Assembly: GCA_963775465.1 (NCBI GenBank)
Contig: CAVZIW010000006.1
Coordinates: forward strand, 64,001-128,000
Direction: 5' to 3'
DNA length: 64,000 bases
DNA from: Candidatus Bathyarchaeota archaeon
Lineage (GTDB): Archaea > Thermoproteota > Bathyarchaeia > Bathyarchaeales > Bathycorpusculaceae
Below are positions 22,040-31,178 of the stretch, in pieces. Below the pieces are notes generated by a model. The model was not told the origin of the DNA, did no database searches, and saw only the letters and a list, made by a program, of their open reading frames with translations. How positions within the stretch are numbered: position 1 is the first letter of the stretch; each line of letters begins with the position of its first letter. The translations under genes were made by a program, and so were the position numbers.

Positions 22040-25000
22040 TGTCACAACAGGAAGAATTAATCCACAAAGTAGTAGATGAAATCTCATTCGGCTTAATTTC
22101 ACCCAAAGATCTGCGAAAACAATCCGTAGTTGAAATTCAAACGCCAGACACATATGACGAAGACGGTGCACCAATAACCTCAGGGCTTATGGACGGTAGA
22201 CTTGGCACCTTAGAACCGAGGCAACGCTGCAAAACTTGTGGCAACACTGCTATTCGCTGCCCGGGACACTTTGGACATATAGAATTAGCTGTACCAATTG
22301 TACATATTGAATTTACCAAAATTATTTTTGACCTCTTAAAAGCTACGTGCCGTACTTGTGGACGTATTCTTTTATCCGAAGATGCATCAAAAAAAGCCCG
22401 CCAAAGAATAGAACGATTTGACGAGCTTTTAGGAACTATACCTGATGAAGTTTACAAGGAAATAATGGCGGAAATTAAAGCTAAACAATGTCCTTACTGC
22501 GCCGCAGCACAATTCAAAATAACTTTTGAGAAACCAACAAAATTTATTGAACAAACAGAAGCAGGTTCTGAACCTCTAACACCGAGCATGATTCGAGAAA
22601 GATTGGAGCGTATTTCGGATGAAGACCTTGAAGTTTTAGGGTTTAACCCAAAGGTTGCTCGTCCAGAATGGATGGTCCTACAGGTTTTACCCGTGCCACC
22701 AGTGTATGTGCGCCCCTCGATCACGCTCGAATCAGGCATACGTTCTGAAGACGACTTAACTCATAAACTAGTTGATATTATTCGAATTAATCAACGTCTT
22801 AAAGAAAACATGGAAGCTGGTGCTCCAACTCTAATCATACAGGATCTTTCCGAGCTTTTGCAGTATCACGTTACTACATATTTTAATAACGAGGCCTCAG
22901 GCATTCCGCCAGCAAGGCATCGTAGTGGCAGAGCGCTAAAAACTATCTCTCAGCGTCTTAAGGGTAAAGAGGGTCGTTTCAGAAGTAACCTTTCAGGTAA
23001 ACGTGTCGACTTTTCCGCTCGAACCGTTATTTCGCCGGATCCAAACCTTGACATAAATGAGGTTGGTGTTCCCCAAGATGTTGCCATGCGTCTTTCTGTT
23101 CCAGAAAAAGTTACGGCTTGGAACCTTGAGGAAATGAAGAGACTTGTCGTTAACGGTCCAGAAACTTATCCGGGTGCACTCTACATTATACGTCCTGATG
23201 GTAAACGTATCCGTCTCGAATTCGTTGTTGACCGAACCAAAATCGCAGAAGCCGTTGAATTAGGATTCGTAATTGAACGTCATCTAAAGAATGGCGATAT
23301 CGCAATCTTTAATCGACAGCCTTCGCTTCACCGCATGTCCATAATGGCTCATTACGTTCGAGTTTTACCCTACAAGACTTTCAGGATGCACCTTTGTGTA
23401 TGTCCTCCATACAACGCAGACTTTGACGGTGACGAAATGAACCTTCACGTTCCACAGAGCGAAGAAGCCCGAACTGAATCTTTGCTTCTTATGCAGGTTC
23501 AAGATCAAATTCTCTCGCCAAGATTTGGCGGCCCCATCATAGGCGCAATAAGAGACTTTATCACAAGTGCGTACTACTTTACTCGAACAGGAAGTTACCT
23601 AACCAGAGGCCAAGTAAATAGAATACTGACTACAACCAACTACGTTGGTGATCTTCCAGCTCCAGAAATTAAGACCCCCCAACCGATGTGGTCGGGTAAA
23701 CAAATTTTCAGTCTCTTCTTACCTAAGACGCTTAACTATGTCTTGAAAGCCAACATCTGCCAGGGTTGCAACAAATGTGAAGAAGAAGAATGCAAACACG
23801 ATGCATATGTCGTTGTCAGAAATGGTCAGTTAGTTTCAGGCATTATCGATAGACGTTCAATCGGCTCAGAGCAATCTGAAAGTTTGCTTCATAGGATCAT
23901 AAAAGACTACGGTACCAAAGCTGGACGGGAATTCTTAAACAATATTACACATATGCTGAAATGCTTCATTTCTATGAGGGGATTCAGCTATACCTATGAC
24001 CAACTAGTTCTCTCACCTAGAGCTCGCAATCGCATGGCAAAAACTATGGATCGCATTCAAAAGAAAATCGATGAGCACATTCAGAACTTTAACAATGGAA
24101 CGCTTCCACGACTTCCTGGGCAGACTATTGAAGAATCCTTCGAAATCTATGTTATGCATGAACTTGCAACAGCCCGAGACGAATCTGGCAAAATAGCAGA
24201 CGATGACTTCACACTGGAGAACGCAGGTATCGTCATGACTCGAACTGGTGCAAGAGGTTCAAGCCTTAACATCGGTCAGATGGCGGCTTGTGTTGGTCAA
24301 CAATCAGTCCGAGGCAAACGTGTTCTTAGAGGCTATACAGGACGTGCTCTTCCCCACTTCATACCAAACGACCCTCGGCCAAGAGCAAGGGGTTTTGTTT
24401 ATAACTCTTATCAAACAGGTTTAGATGCGATAGAATTCTTTTTCCACGCTATGGGAGGTAGAGAAGGTCTAGTCGACACTGCAGTTCGTACCCAACAAAG
24501 TGGTTACATGCAGCGCAGGCTGATCAACGCCTTGGAACACATTCGCTTAGAATACGACAGTACAGTGCGTGATTCTGCAGGTGACATAATCCAGTTCAGA
24601 TATGGTGAAGATGGTGTTGACCCAGCAAAAAGTGATCACGGCAAAGCAGTAAACGTTAAGCGACTTATTAATCAAATAAAGATCGGCGAAGAAAAAGGAG
24701 AAGTTGCATCCGCAGACCACATAAAGAAACAGCTCAAAAGTGTTGAAAACCAGATTACCCCAATCTTGCTGGATCAACTTAAACAGAACTTTGCAAAGAA
24801 CAAACTTACTGCCAAAGGAGTAAATAGAGCTACAAGCCAAACAGCCGAACAATACAAACGTGCCCTAATGGAGCCAGGTGAAGCAGTTGGCATCGTTGCC
24901 GCCCAATCTATCGGCGAACCAGGCACTCAGATGACTCTTAGAACTTTCCACTATGCAGGTGTCAAAGAACAAAACGTCACCTTAGGTTTACCTCGCCTAA

Positions 25001-25872
25001 TAGAAATCGTCGACGCCCGAAGAATACCCTCCACTCCAATCATGACAATCTACTTGAATGGCAAATTCGCTAAAAGCAAGGAAGGCGCCGTTGAAGTTGC
25101 TAGAAACATTATCTACACCAGCGTTGAGAACTTGGCTTCAGCAATCTACGAAGACCCAGTTCGCGAAGAAATCATTGTTGAACTAAACAAACAGATGATG
25201 GATGATCGCAATATAACTATGGAAGAACTCAAAGAACGCTTAGAGCTTCAAAACGCCACTGTAACCGTCACAGATACTACTGTTGAAATCAAACCTAAGA
25301 AAGCTGAACAAATAAAACGTATGTTAACCAAAATTCCAGGTTACCAAGTCAAAGGTGTCCCAGACATCAAACGTGTCCTTGTCACCGAAGAAAGCGGTGA
25401 ATGGGTTATTCGTACCGATGGCTCTAACTTGAGCAAAGTCTTAGAAGTTAACGGTGTTGACACATCACGCACAACCACTAACAACATTCACGAAATCGCA
25501 AAAACCCTCGGTGTTGAGGCATCCCGAAACTCATTGGTCAACGAAGCAAAGGGTGTGCTGGAAGATCAAGGTCTAGACGTCGATGTACGACACGTAATGC
25601 TTGTAGCAGACATGATGACTACGACAGGTGACGTTCAACAAATCGGCAGACACGGCATCAGCGGCAAAAAAGCTAGTGTGCTTGCGCGCGCCGCATTCGA
25701 AATCACTGTTCCAAACATCGTTGAAGCAGCGGTGAAAGGAGAAAGCGATCCTTTGGCTGGAGTCACAGAAAACGTTATAGTTGGGCAATCCATACCAATC
25801 GGGACAGGCTTAGTTGAATTGTACATGTCAACTTTCGAACGTCAAGATAAAAAAGGAGGAAAAACTGAATGA
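22039..25872 (+). CDS. rpoA: RNA polymerase subunit Rpo1, single-chain A'+A''
   Basis: CPGHFGH, NADFDGD, GEPGTQMTL and IPIGTG all in one 1277-aa ORF. Confidence 0.97.
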   Translation: MSQQEELIHKVVDEISFGLISPKDLRKQSVVEIQTPDTYDEDGAPITSGLMDGRLGTLEPRQRCKTCGNTAIRCPGHFGHIELAVPIVHIEFTKIIFDLLKATCRTCGRILLSEDASKKARQRIERFDELLGTIPDEVYKEIMAEIKAKQCPYCAAAQFKITFEKPTKFIEQTEAGSEPLTPSMIRERLERISDEDLEVLGFNPKVARPEWMVLQVLPVPPVYVRPSITLESGIRSEDDLTHKLVDIIRINQRLKENMEAGAPTLIIQDLSELLQYHVTTYFNNEASGIPPARHRSGRALKTISQRLKGKEGRFRSNLSGKRVDFSARTVISPDPNLDINEVGVPQDVAMRLSVPEKVTAWNLEEMKRLVVNGPETYPGALYIIRPDGKRIRLEFVVDRTKIAEAVELGFVIERHLKNGDIAIFNRQPSLHRMSIMAHYVRVLPYKTFRMHLCVCPPYNADFDGDEMNLHVPQSEEARTESLLLMQVQDQILSPRFGGPIIGAIRDFITSAYYFTRTGSYLTRGQVNRILTTTNYVGDLPAPEIKTPQPMWSGKQIFSLFLPKTLNYVLKANICQGCNKCEEEECKHDAYVVVRNGQLVSGIIDRRSIGSEQSESLLHRIIKDYGTKAGREFLNNITHMLKCFISMRGFSYTYDQLVLSPRARNRMAKTMDRIQKKIDEHIQNFNNGTLPRLPGQTIEESFEIYVMHELATARDESGKIADDDFTLENAGIVMTRTGARGSSLNIGQMAACVGQQSVRGKRVLRGYTGRALPHFIPNDPRPRARGFVYNSYQTGLDAIEFFFHAMGGREGLVDTAVRTQQSGYMQRRLINALEHIRLEYDSTVRDSAGDIIQFRYGEDGVDPAKSDHGKAVNVKRLINQIKIGEEKGEVASADHIKKQLKSVENQITPILLDQLKQNFAKNKLTAKGVNRATSQTAEQYKRALMEPGEAVGIVAAQSIGEPGTQMTLRTFHYAGVKEQNVTLGLPRLIEIVDARRIPSTPIMTIYLNGKFAKSKEGAVEVARNIIYTSVENLASAIYEDPVREEIIVELNKQMMDDRNITMEELKERLELQNATVTVTDTTVEIKPKKAEQIKRMLTKIPGYQVKGVPDIKRVLVTEESGEWVIRTDGSNLSKVLEVNGVDTSRTTTNNIHEIAKTLGVEASRNSLVNEAKGVLEDQGLDVDVRHVMLVADMMTTTGDVQQIGRHGISGKKASVLARAAFEITVPNIVEAAVKGESDPLAGVTENVIVGQSIPIGTGLVELYMSTFERQDKKGGKTE

Positions 25873-26171
25873 TAGACATAGATAAAGCATTAGCGTCAGC
25901 AGTGAAAACAGGCAAGGTATCCTTTGGATCTAATGTTGCATTGCAGAACGCCAAAACAGGCAAAGCTAAAATGATTGTTTTAGCGACAAACTGTCCTAAG
26001 GACATTAAAGAACAAATTGAATATTTTGGAGGACTCTCCAGTGTTCCTGTGATTACATACAAAGGTAGTTCAATGGATCTGGCTGAAGTATGCAGCAAAC
26101 TCTTCATTATATCAGCCCTCAGTATACGGGAAACAGGGGACTCAGAAATTCTTAAAGTAATTGAACAATAA
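25869..26171 (+). CDS. rpl30e: 50S ribosomal protein L30e
   Basis: AVKTGKVSFG, GKAKMIVLATNCP, GDSEIL; conserved position after rpo1. Confidence 0.95.
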   Translation: MIDIDKALASAVKTGKVSFGSNVALQNAKTGKAKMIVLATNCPKDIKEQIEYFGGLSSVPVITYKGSSMDLAEVCSKLFIISALSIRETGDSEILKVIEQ

Positions 26172-26194
26172 AAATAGGAAATGGAGGAAAAAAA

Positions 26195-26632
26195 CTGACA
26201 ACTGGCATAAAAATTACCTGCGACGAAATGCGGTACATCGCACTATTTGAGAGTATAAGCGGCGCCAGCGTGAAAGACTGTATAATCGATGAAGTAGAGC
26301 AACGTGCAATCTTCATCGTCAACCAAGGCCAAGTAGGCGTAGCAATAGGCAAAGGCGGCAGAAACATCCATACACTTGAACGAATGACCGGTAAAAAACA
26401 CGAAATCATTGAGTACAGCGAAGACCCCGTAACATTCATGAAGAATGCTCTCAAACCTGCAACGGTACGCGAAATTCGAGTCACAGAACGCACTGATGGC
26501 AAAAAGATGGCTGTAATAACCGTTAACCCCAAAGACAAAGGTGTCGCAATAGGTAAGAACGGCAAGAACGCCGAACGTTTGCGCTTTTTGGCAAAACGAT
26601 ACTTTGACATTCAGAACGTAAGCATCACCTAA
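26195..26632 (+). CDS. nusA: Archaeal NusA (two KH domains); probable CTG start at 26195 (ORF track uses 26228)
   Basis: AIGKGG and AIGKNG KH motifs; in-frame IKITCDE upstream of the ATG and GGAGG at 26183-26187. Confidence 0.93.
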   Translation: MTTGIKITCDEMRYIALFESISGASVKDCIIDEVEQRAIFIVNQGQVGVAIGKGGRNIHTLERMTGKKHEIIEYSEDPVTFMKNALKPATVREIRVTERTDGKKMAVITVNPKDKGVAIGKNGKNAERLRFLAKRYFDIQNVSIT

Positions 26633-26985
26633 TTTCAGTCCGCAGAAATACGGCTGATTAGGCGATGGAAACGTCGTTGGAACCGTTTTGTATAAGGATT
26701 TTCAATGGCAAGTAGGTTTTTGGGGTTATTTTCAAATGAATTTAGTTGATAAACATTATTCGATATGGCTCTAATTTCTTTTCATAAAAAGAAACATGGG
26801 AAGATTCACCTTGTTTTTAGCTTATTTTGGTAATTGCGCAATGATTTAATTTTGAATTGCTAATTATTTTTTATGATTTTATTTTTTGTGTATTCTGCAA
26901 AATTATTTATACGTAGAGTTAGAAGAGTAAAGTTTCGATTGAGCTTTGTTTTTGCTCGATTGAGAAATTAAATGAGGAAAAAAAA

Positions 26986-29673
26986 TTGAATAAAATAAAA
27001 AGACAAAATTTCGTAATTTTGATTGTTTCGATTCTACTGCTTTCTATTGCAATTCCTTTTGCTAACTTACAGTCAGCAGACGCTCATACGCCTCCATGGA
27101 AAATAATTTCTTATGCATATCTTGTTCCTGCACCAAACCCTGTGGGTGTTGGTCAGACTATTGCTATCGTGATGTGGATTGACGATCCTTTGCCAAGCGC
27201 TACCGTGACTAATGATATTAGGCGCCATGATTATACGCTAACCATTACTTCGCCTTCTGGAAAAATTGATAGCCAGCATTGGGATGTAATTGAAGACACG
27301 ACAAGTGTGCAATATTATCAGTACACTCCTTCAGAAATCGGTGAATACACGCTTAAATTTGACTATCCAGAGCAAACCTACGAGTGGAGCGGAGCATATC
27401 AGGGTGATATTTTCACAGCAGCCAGCAAAACAATAACCTTGACTGTTCAGGAGGAACCTATTCCAGCAAATATAGACAGTTACCCGCTTCCAACCGAGTA
27501 CTGGGCGCGTCCAATCGAAGGCCAAAACACTTACTGGTTTAGCATTGCTTCAAATTGGCTTGGAAGACCCTATATTACAGGTGCTGGTGCTTCTTACGGT
27601 ATTCCAGGCGCATATCAGCCATACGGTCTAGCACCTAACAGCGTACACGTGATGTGGACAAAACCAATTCAATTCGGAGGAGTTGTTGGAGGAGCCGACA
27701 CAGCAATTCCAGGTGAAATGTACTATTCAGGTCTATCATACAACGTCAGGTTTGGAAACCCAATAATAATGCAAGGAATGCTCTTTTATCAAGAGCCATA
27801 CGGTAATGCTGGCGGCAGCGGCGGATTATTCGGAACTGGCGGAGATTACGTGGCAGTCAATTTGCAAACTGGACAAGAAGTATGGAGAATTGATCCAGCC
27901 GCAACAGGCACAATGCTCGTACCATCTTTCGGCTACCTCTACAGCTATGAGAATGAAAATCAGCACGGCGTACTTCCAAACGGCTTGTTAGTTGCACCTT
28001 ACACATATGGCGGAACCCCGACTCCTTTCGGTATGATGGGTGGAACTTCTGCTTGGGCAGCATACGATCCTAGTACAGGCAAACTTACCTCAATGAACAT
28101 CACTAACATTCCTTCTGGCGTTGCAACTAGCGGTCCTTCAGGCGAATATCTAATCTACACTCTTACAAACCTTGGGAGCAACTCAAACCCAAATTGGTAC
28201 TTAGCTCAATGGAACTCATCTAATGTCTTTGGTGGAAATCAAGGCATGATGGGCGCAGGCAACTGGTACTCTGGAACTGTAAACGCAAACACACCATCTG
28301 CTTACGACTGGAACATATCGATTCCAACGCTCAAAGGTACAGGTTGGAATGTTGGACAAGCATCATTAAGCGTATTACCCCTCGTTAGTTTGGATAATAT
28401 GCTGCTCTTGACGCAAGGATCTTTCGGAGGGCACCCAGGCGATTACGGTGCAACTATAACAACCGATCCAGGAAACATCACAGCAATCAGCCTTAAGGAC
28501 AACTCGGTAGGGAGCGTTCTATGGTCAAAAACATATCAGCCAGAACCAGGCAATAATACTCGGCTTATAACAGAGTGGGATCCAGATAACGGCGTCTTTA
28601 TCTTCGCTGACAAAGAAACAATGACGCATTCAGGCTATAGCCTCGACAATGGCAACCAACTTTGGGGTCCAACAGTCCTCACAGACGACTTTACGACTGA
28701 TTACAACTACATGGCTATAGGTTTAGAAAGAGCTGCATACGGCAAACTCTACTACGCAGGTTACGCTGGAATTCTCTACTGCTATGATACAACAAATGGT
28801 GACTTGCTATGGACTTATGGCAACGGAGGAGAAGGCAACAGCACACTTAGCGGATTCGTAACACCTTACGGTCGTTATCCAATATTTGTTAGCGTTATTG
28901 CTGATGGAAAAGTCTACCTTGACACCACAGAACACTCGCCAAACAGCCCGCTCTACAAAGGTGCAGAATATCGGTGCATTAACGCTACTGACGGAACAGA
29001 GCTTTGGACGATTTTGGACTATGGCAATCAAATGTATGGCGGTCAAGCAGCAGTGGCAGACGGCTATTTGACTACGCTCAACTCATATGACAGCCAAATC
29101 TATTGCTTCGGAAAAGGACCAAGCGCAATGACCGTAGATGCACCAACTGCAGCTGTTCAACTAGGTCAATCGTTAGTCATCAGAGGAGCTGTGACAGATA
29201 TTGCCGCTGGAACCAAGCAGACTGAACAGGCTGGTAGGTTCCCGAATGGTGTTCCTGCAGTATCGGACGAAAGCCAAGGTGCATGGATGGAATATGTCTA
29301 CATGCAAAAGCCTCGCCCAATGGACACAGTTGGAGTTCCCGTTACTATCAGCGTTGTTGATGCTAACGGAAACTACAGAGACATAGGCACAGCGACAACT
29401 AATGCTGATGGTTTCTACGCTATGAACTGGATGCCGGACATTGACGGTCAATATATGGTCTACGCCTCCTTTGCAGGCAGCGAATCTTACTGGCCATCAC
29501 ACGCAGTAACTTCATTTGCAGTTGACCCTGCTCCAGCAACCCCGACACCAACAGCAGCGCCTATTTCATCGATGGCTGACGCATACTTTGTTCCAGCAGT
29601 TGCAGGCATAATTATTGCTATAGCAATAGTTGGCATTGTCTTAGCACTGCTCTTGCTAAGAAAAAGACCCTAA
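26986..29673 (+). CDS. Large cell-surface protein with PQQ-like beta-propeller repeats and TM anchor
   Basis: Signal peptide, APNPVGVGQ, repeats such as YCYDTTNGDLLW and CINATDGTELW, Thr/Pro linker, TM followed by RKRP. Confidence 0.85.
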   Translation: MNKIKRQNFVILIVSILLLSIAIPFANLQSADAHTPPWKIISYAYLVPAPNPVGVGQTIAIVMWIDDPLPSATVTNDIRRHDYTLTITSPSGKIDSQHWDVIEDTTSVQYYQYTPSEIGEYTLKFDYPEQTYEWSGAYQGDIFTAASKTITLTVQEEPIPANIDSYPLPTEYWARPIEGQNTYWFSIASNWLGRPYITGAGASYGIPGAYQPYGLAPNSVHVMWTKPIQFGGVVGGADTAIPGEMYYSGLSYNVRFGNPIIMQGMLFYQEPYGNAGGSGGLFGTGGDYVAVNLQTGQEVWRIDPAATGTMLVPSFGYLYSYENENQHGVLPNGLLVAPYTYGGTPTPFGMMGGTSAWAAYDPSTGKLTSMNITNIPSGVATSGPSGEYLIYTLTNLGSNSNPNWYLAQWNSSNVFGGNQGMMGAGNWYSGTVNANTPSAYDWNISIPTLKGTGWNVGQASLSVLPLVSLDNMLLLTQGSFGGHPGDYGATITTDPGNITAISLKDNSVGSVLWSKTYQPEPGNNTRLITEWDPDNGVFIFADKETMTHSGYSLDNGNQLWGPTVLTDDFTTDYNYMAIGLERAAYGKLYYAGYAGILYCYDTTNGDLLWTYGNGGEGNSTLSGFVTPYGRYPIFVSVIADGKVYLDTTEHSPNSPLYKGAEYRCINATDGTELWTILDYGNQMYGGQAAVADGYLTTLNSYDSQIYCFGKGPSAMTVDAPTAAVQLGQSLVIRGAVTDIAAGTKQTEQAGRFPNGVPAVSDESQGAWMEYVYMQKPRPMDTVGVPVTISVVDANGNYRDIGTATTNADGFYAMNWMPDIDGQYMVYASFAGSESYWPSHAVTSFAVDPAPATPTPTAAPISSMADAYFVPAVAGIIIAIAIVGIVLALLLLRKRP

Positions 29674-29773
29674 ATAACCAAAAAATTTCCATCTTTTCTT
29701 TTTTTGTCTTTAAAACAAAGAATTTTACTTTCAAGTATTTTTAGTAAAAAAAAGGGGTGTTTGTTTAATTGTA

Positions 29774-29929
29774 TCAAATGATTTCTATGATGATCTTCAC
29801 TTTCGAATTCGGAAGTATCATTTTTCTAAGTTGCTTAGGGATTGAAAAACGGTAGTCTTTGCCTACAGTACCTTCTAGAATGAAAGATTTTCCATCTGCA
29901 TGTAGTATTGATACTTCTCTTTTCGGCAT
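29774..29929 (-). CDS. Small AbrB/SpoVT-like protein (51 aa)
   Basis: VGKDYRFSIPKQLRKM..PNSKVKIII; ATG overlaps the upstream TAA (TAATG). Confidence 0.6.
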   Translation of the reverse strand: MPKREVSILHADGKSFILEGTVGKDYRFSIPKQLRKMILPNSKVKIIIEII

Positions 29930-30828
29930 TATGGCGTTACCTCTTGCGGCGTCGGTAATAACAGATAAGGTGCTGTACTGTTTCCAGAGGACCAATAGAT
30001 CGGTAATTTTCCGTCCCACCCGATAGCATACAGATAATTGATGTATTCAGGTGTGAGTTGCTCTTGGATTATTTGTACCGCTTGCGCCGTAGCATCTGCA
30101 GAAATAACTGTAGCATTAGCATCGGCGTTGGCTAGCGTAACTATAGCTGTTGCATTAGCATTAGCTTGAATAACTTGCTGTTGTGCTTCGTATTCTATTT
30201 GTTTTAGTTTATTTTGTGCAGCTAGAGCGTTTTGTTCGGCTGTAACTTTTGCTTCGATTGCTTGAGTAAAGGATGGTGAAAATTTGAAGTCGGTGACAGA
30301 TACCGATAGAACTTCAATTCCGTAGACTGATAGCTTAGCTTTCAAGATGTTTAGGAATGAATCCTTAACTGACTCTCTTTCGGTGATTAATTCTGTGGCT
30401 ACATATTTTGCTGTGGCTGCTTTAAGTGCCTCTTGAATGTTTGGGGTGATGACTCTTGTTTCATAGTCGTTTCGTAGGTCCTTGTAGATGGTTAAAACTT
30501 GTTTTGTATCTAGACGATAGTTTACAGCTACGGTTGTTGTGACTTCTTGTAGGTCAGATGAAGCTGTGGATTCTGTGGCGACTGCTTTTTGTATTTGCGT
30601 ATTGATTAAGACAATATCTTGCGCTATTGGAATTACCCATTGAAGTCCTTCGTTTCTAACTTGTACTGCTTCTCCCCAGTTTAGAAGTATACCTTTGTTT
30701 CCTGCTGGAACTGTTCGTATCGTTGTTATTGGAAATGCGACTGCAATGGCTATGATTATGGCTATTACAAGTATTTTTTTGAAAGTGAAGAATCTTATTC
30801 TTTTTCTTGGGATTTCATTTTCGTACAT
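29929..30828 (-). CDS. SPFH/prohibitin-family membrane protein
   Basis: N-terminal TM, VPAGNKG, ASSDLQEV, FTQAIEAKVTAEQ, WDGKLP; start chosen at MYENE. Confidence 0.9.
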   Translation of the reverse strand: MYENEIPRKRIRFFTFKKILVIAIIIAIAVAFPITTIRTVPAGNKGILLNWGEAVQVRNEGLQWVIPIAQDIVLINTQIQKAVATESTASSDLQEVTTTVAVNYRLDTKQVLTIYKDLRNDYETRVITPNIQEALKAATAKYVATELITERESVKDSFLNILKAKLSVYGIEVLSVSVTDFKFSPSFTQAIEAKVTAEQNALAAQNKLKQIEYEAQQQVIQANANATAIVTLANADANATVISADATAQAVQIIQEQLTPEYINYLYAIGWDGKLPIYWSSGNSTAPYLLLPTPQEVTP

Positions 30829-31178
30829 TTTATTCGCCTTTAAATTGGCATATAATAGGTATAACAAAGGTATATTTAAGGATTAAGTTATGATAAACAT
30901 TATCTGATCCATCTCTGGTTCCTGAAAAAGAGCTTAACGAGAATATATAAAGTATCTCAGTGAGAGAGGGTCACAGAACCGTTAAAACTGAACAAGAAAA
31001 CCGTGTAGAATAATAGACGATAGTTGGAACTATGCATGGCCACAAGACACAGTTGCTTTTTTAGGAAGACGAAAATATTAAAAAATATCCTTTATTTGTT
31101 ATGAAATCCTCCGTTTTGGTTAAATAACAGAGAATAGAACTGTTATTTTCTACATCTCAAGAGGCAAAGTAGCAAAGT

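Noticed and set aside
18665-25872. Inteins in the RNA polymerase subunits
   Set aside because: Lengths are normal and there are no C...HN insertions or LAGLIDADG motifs.
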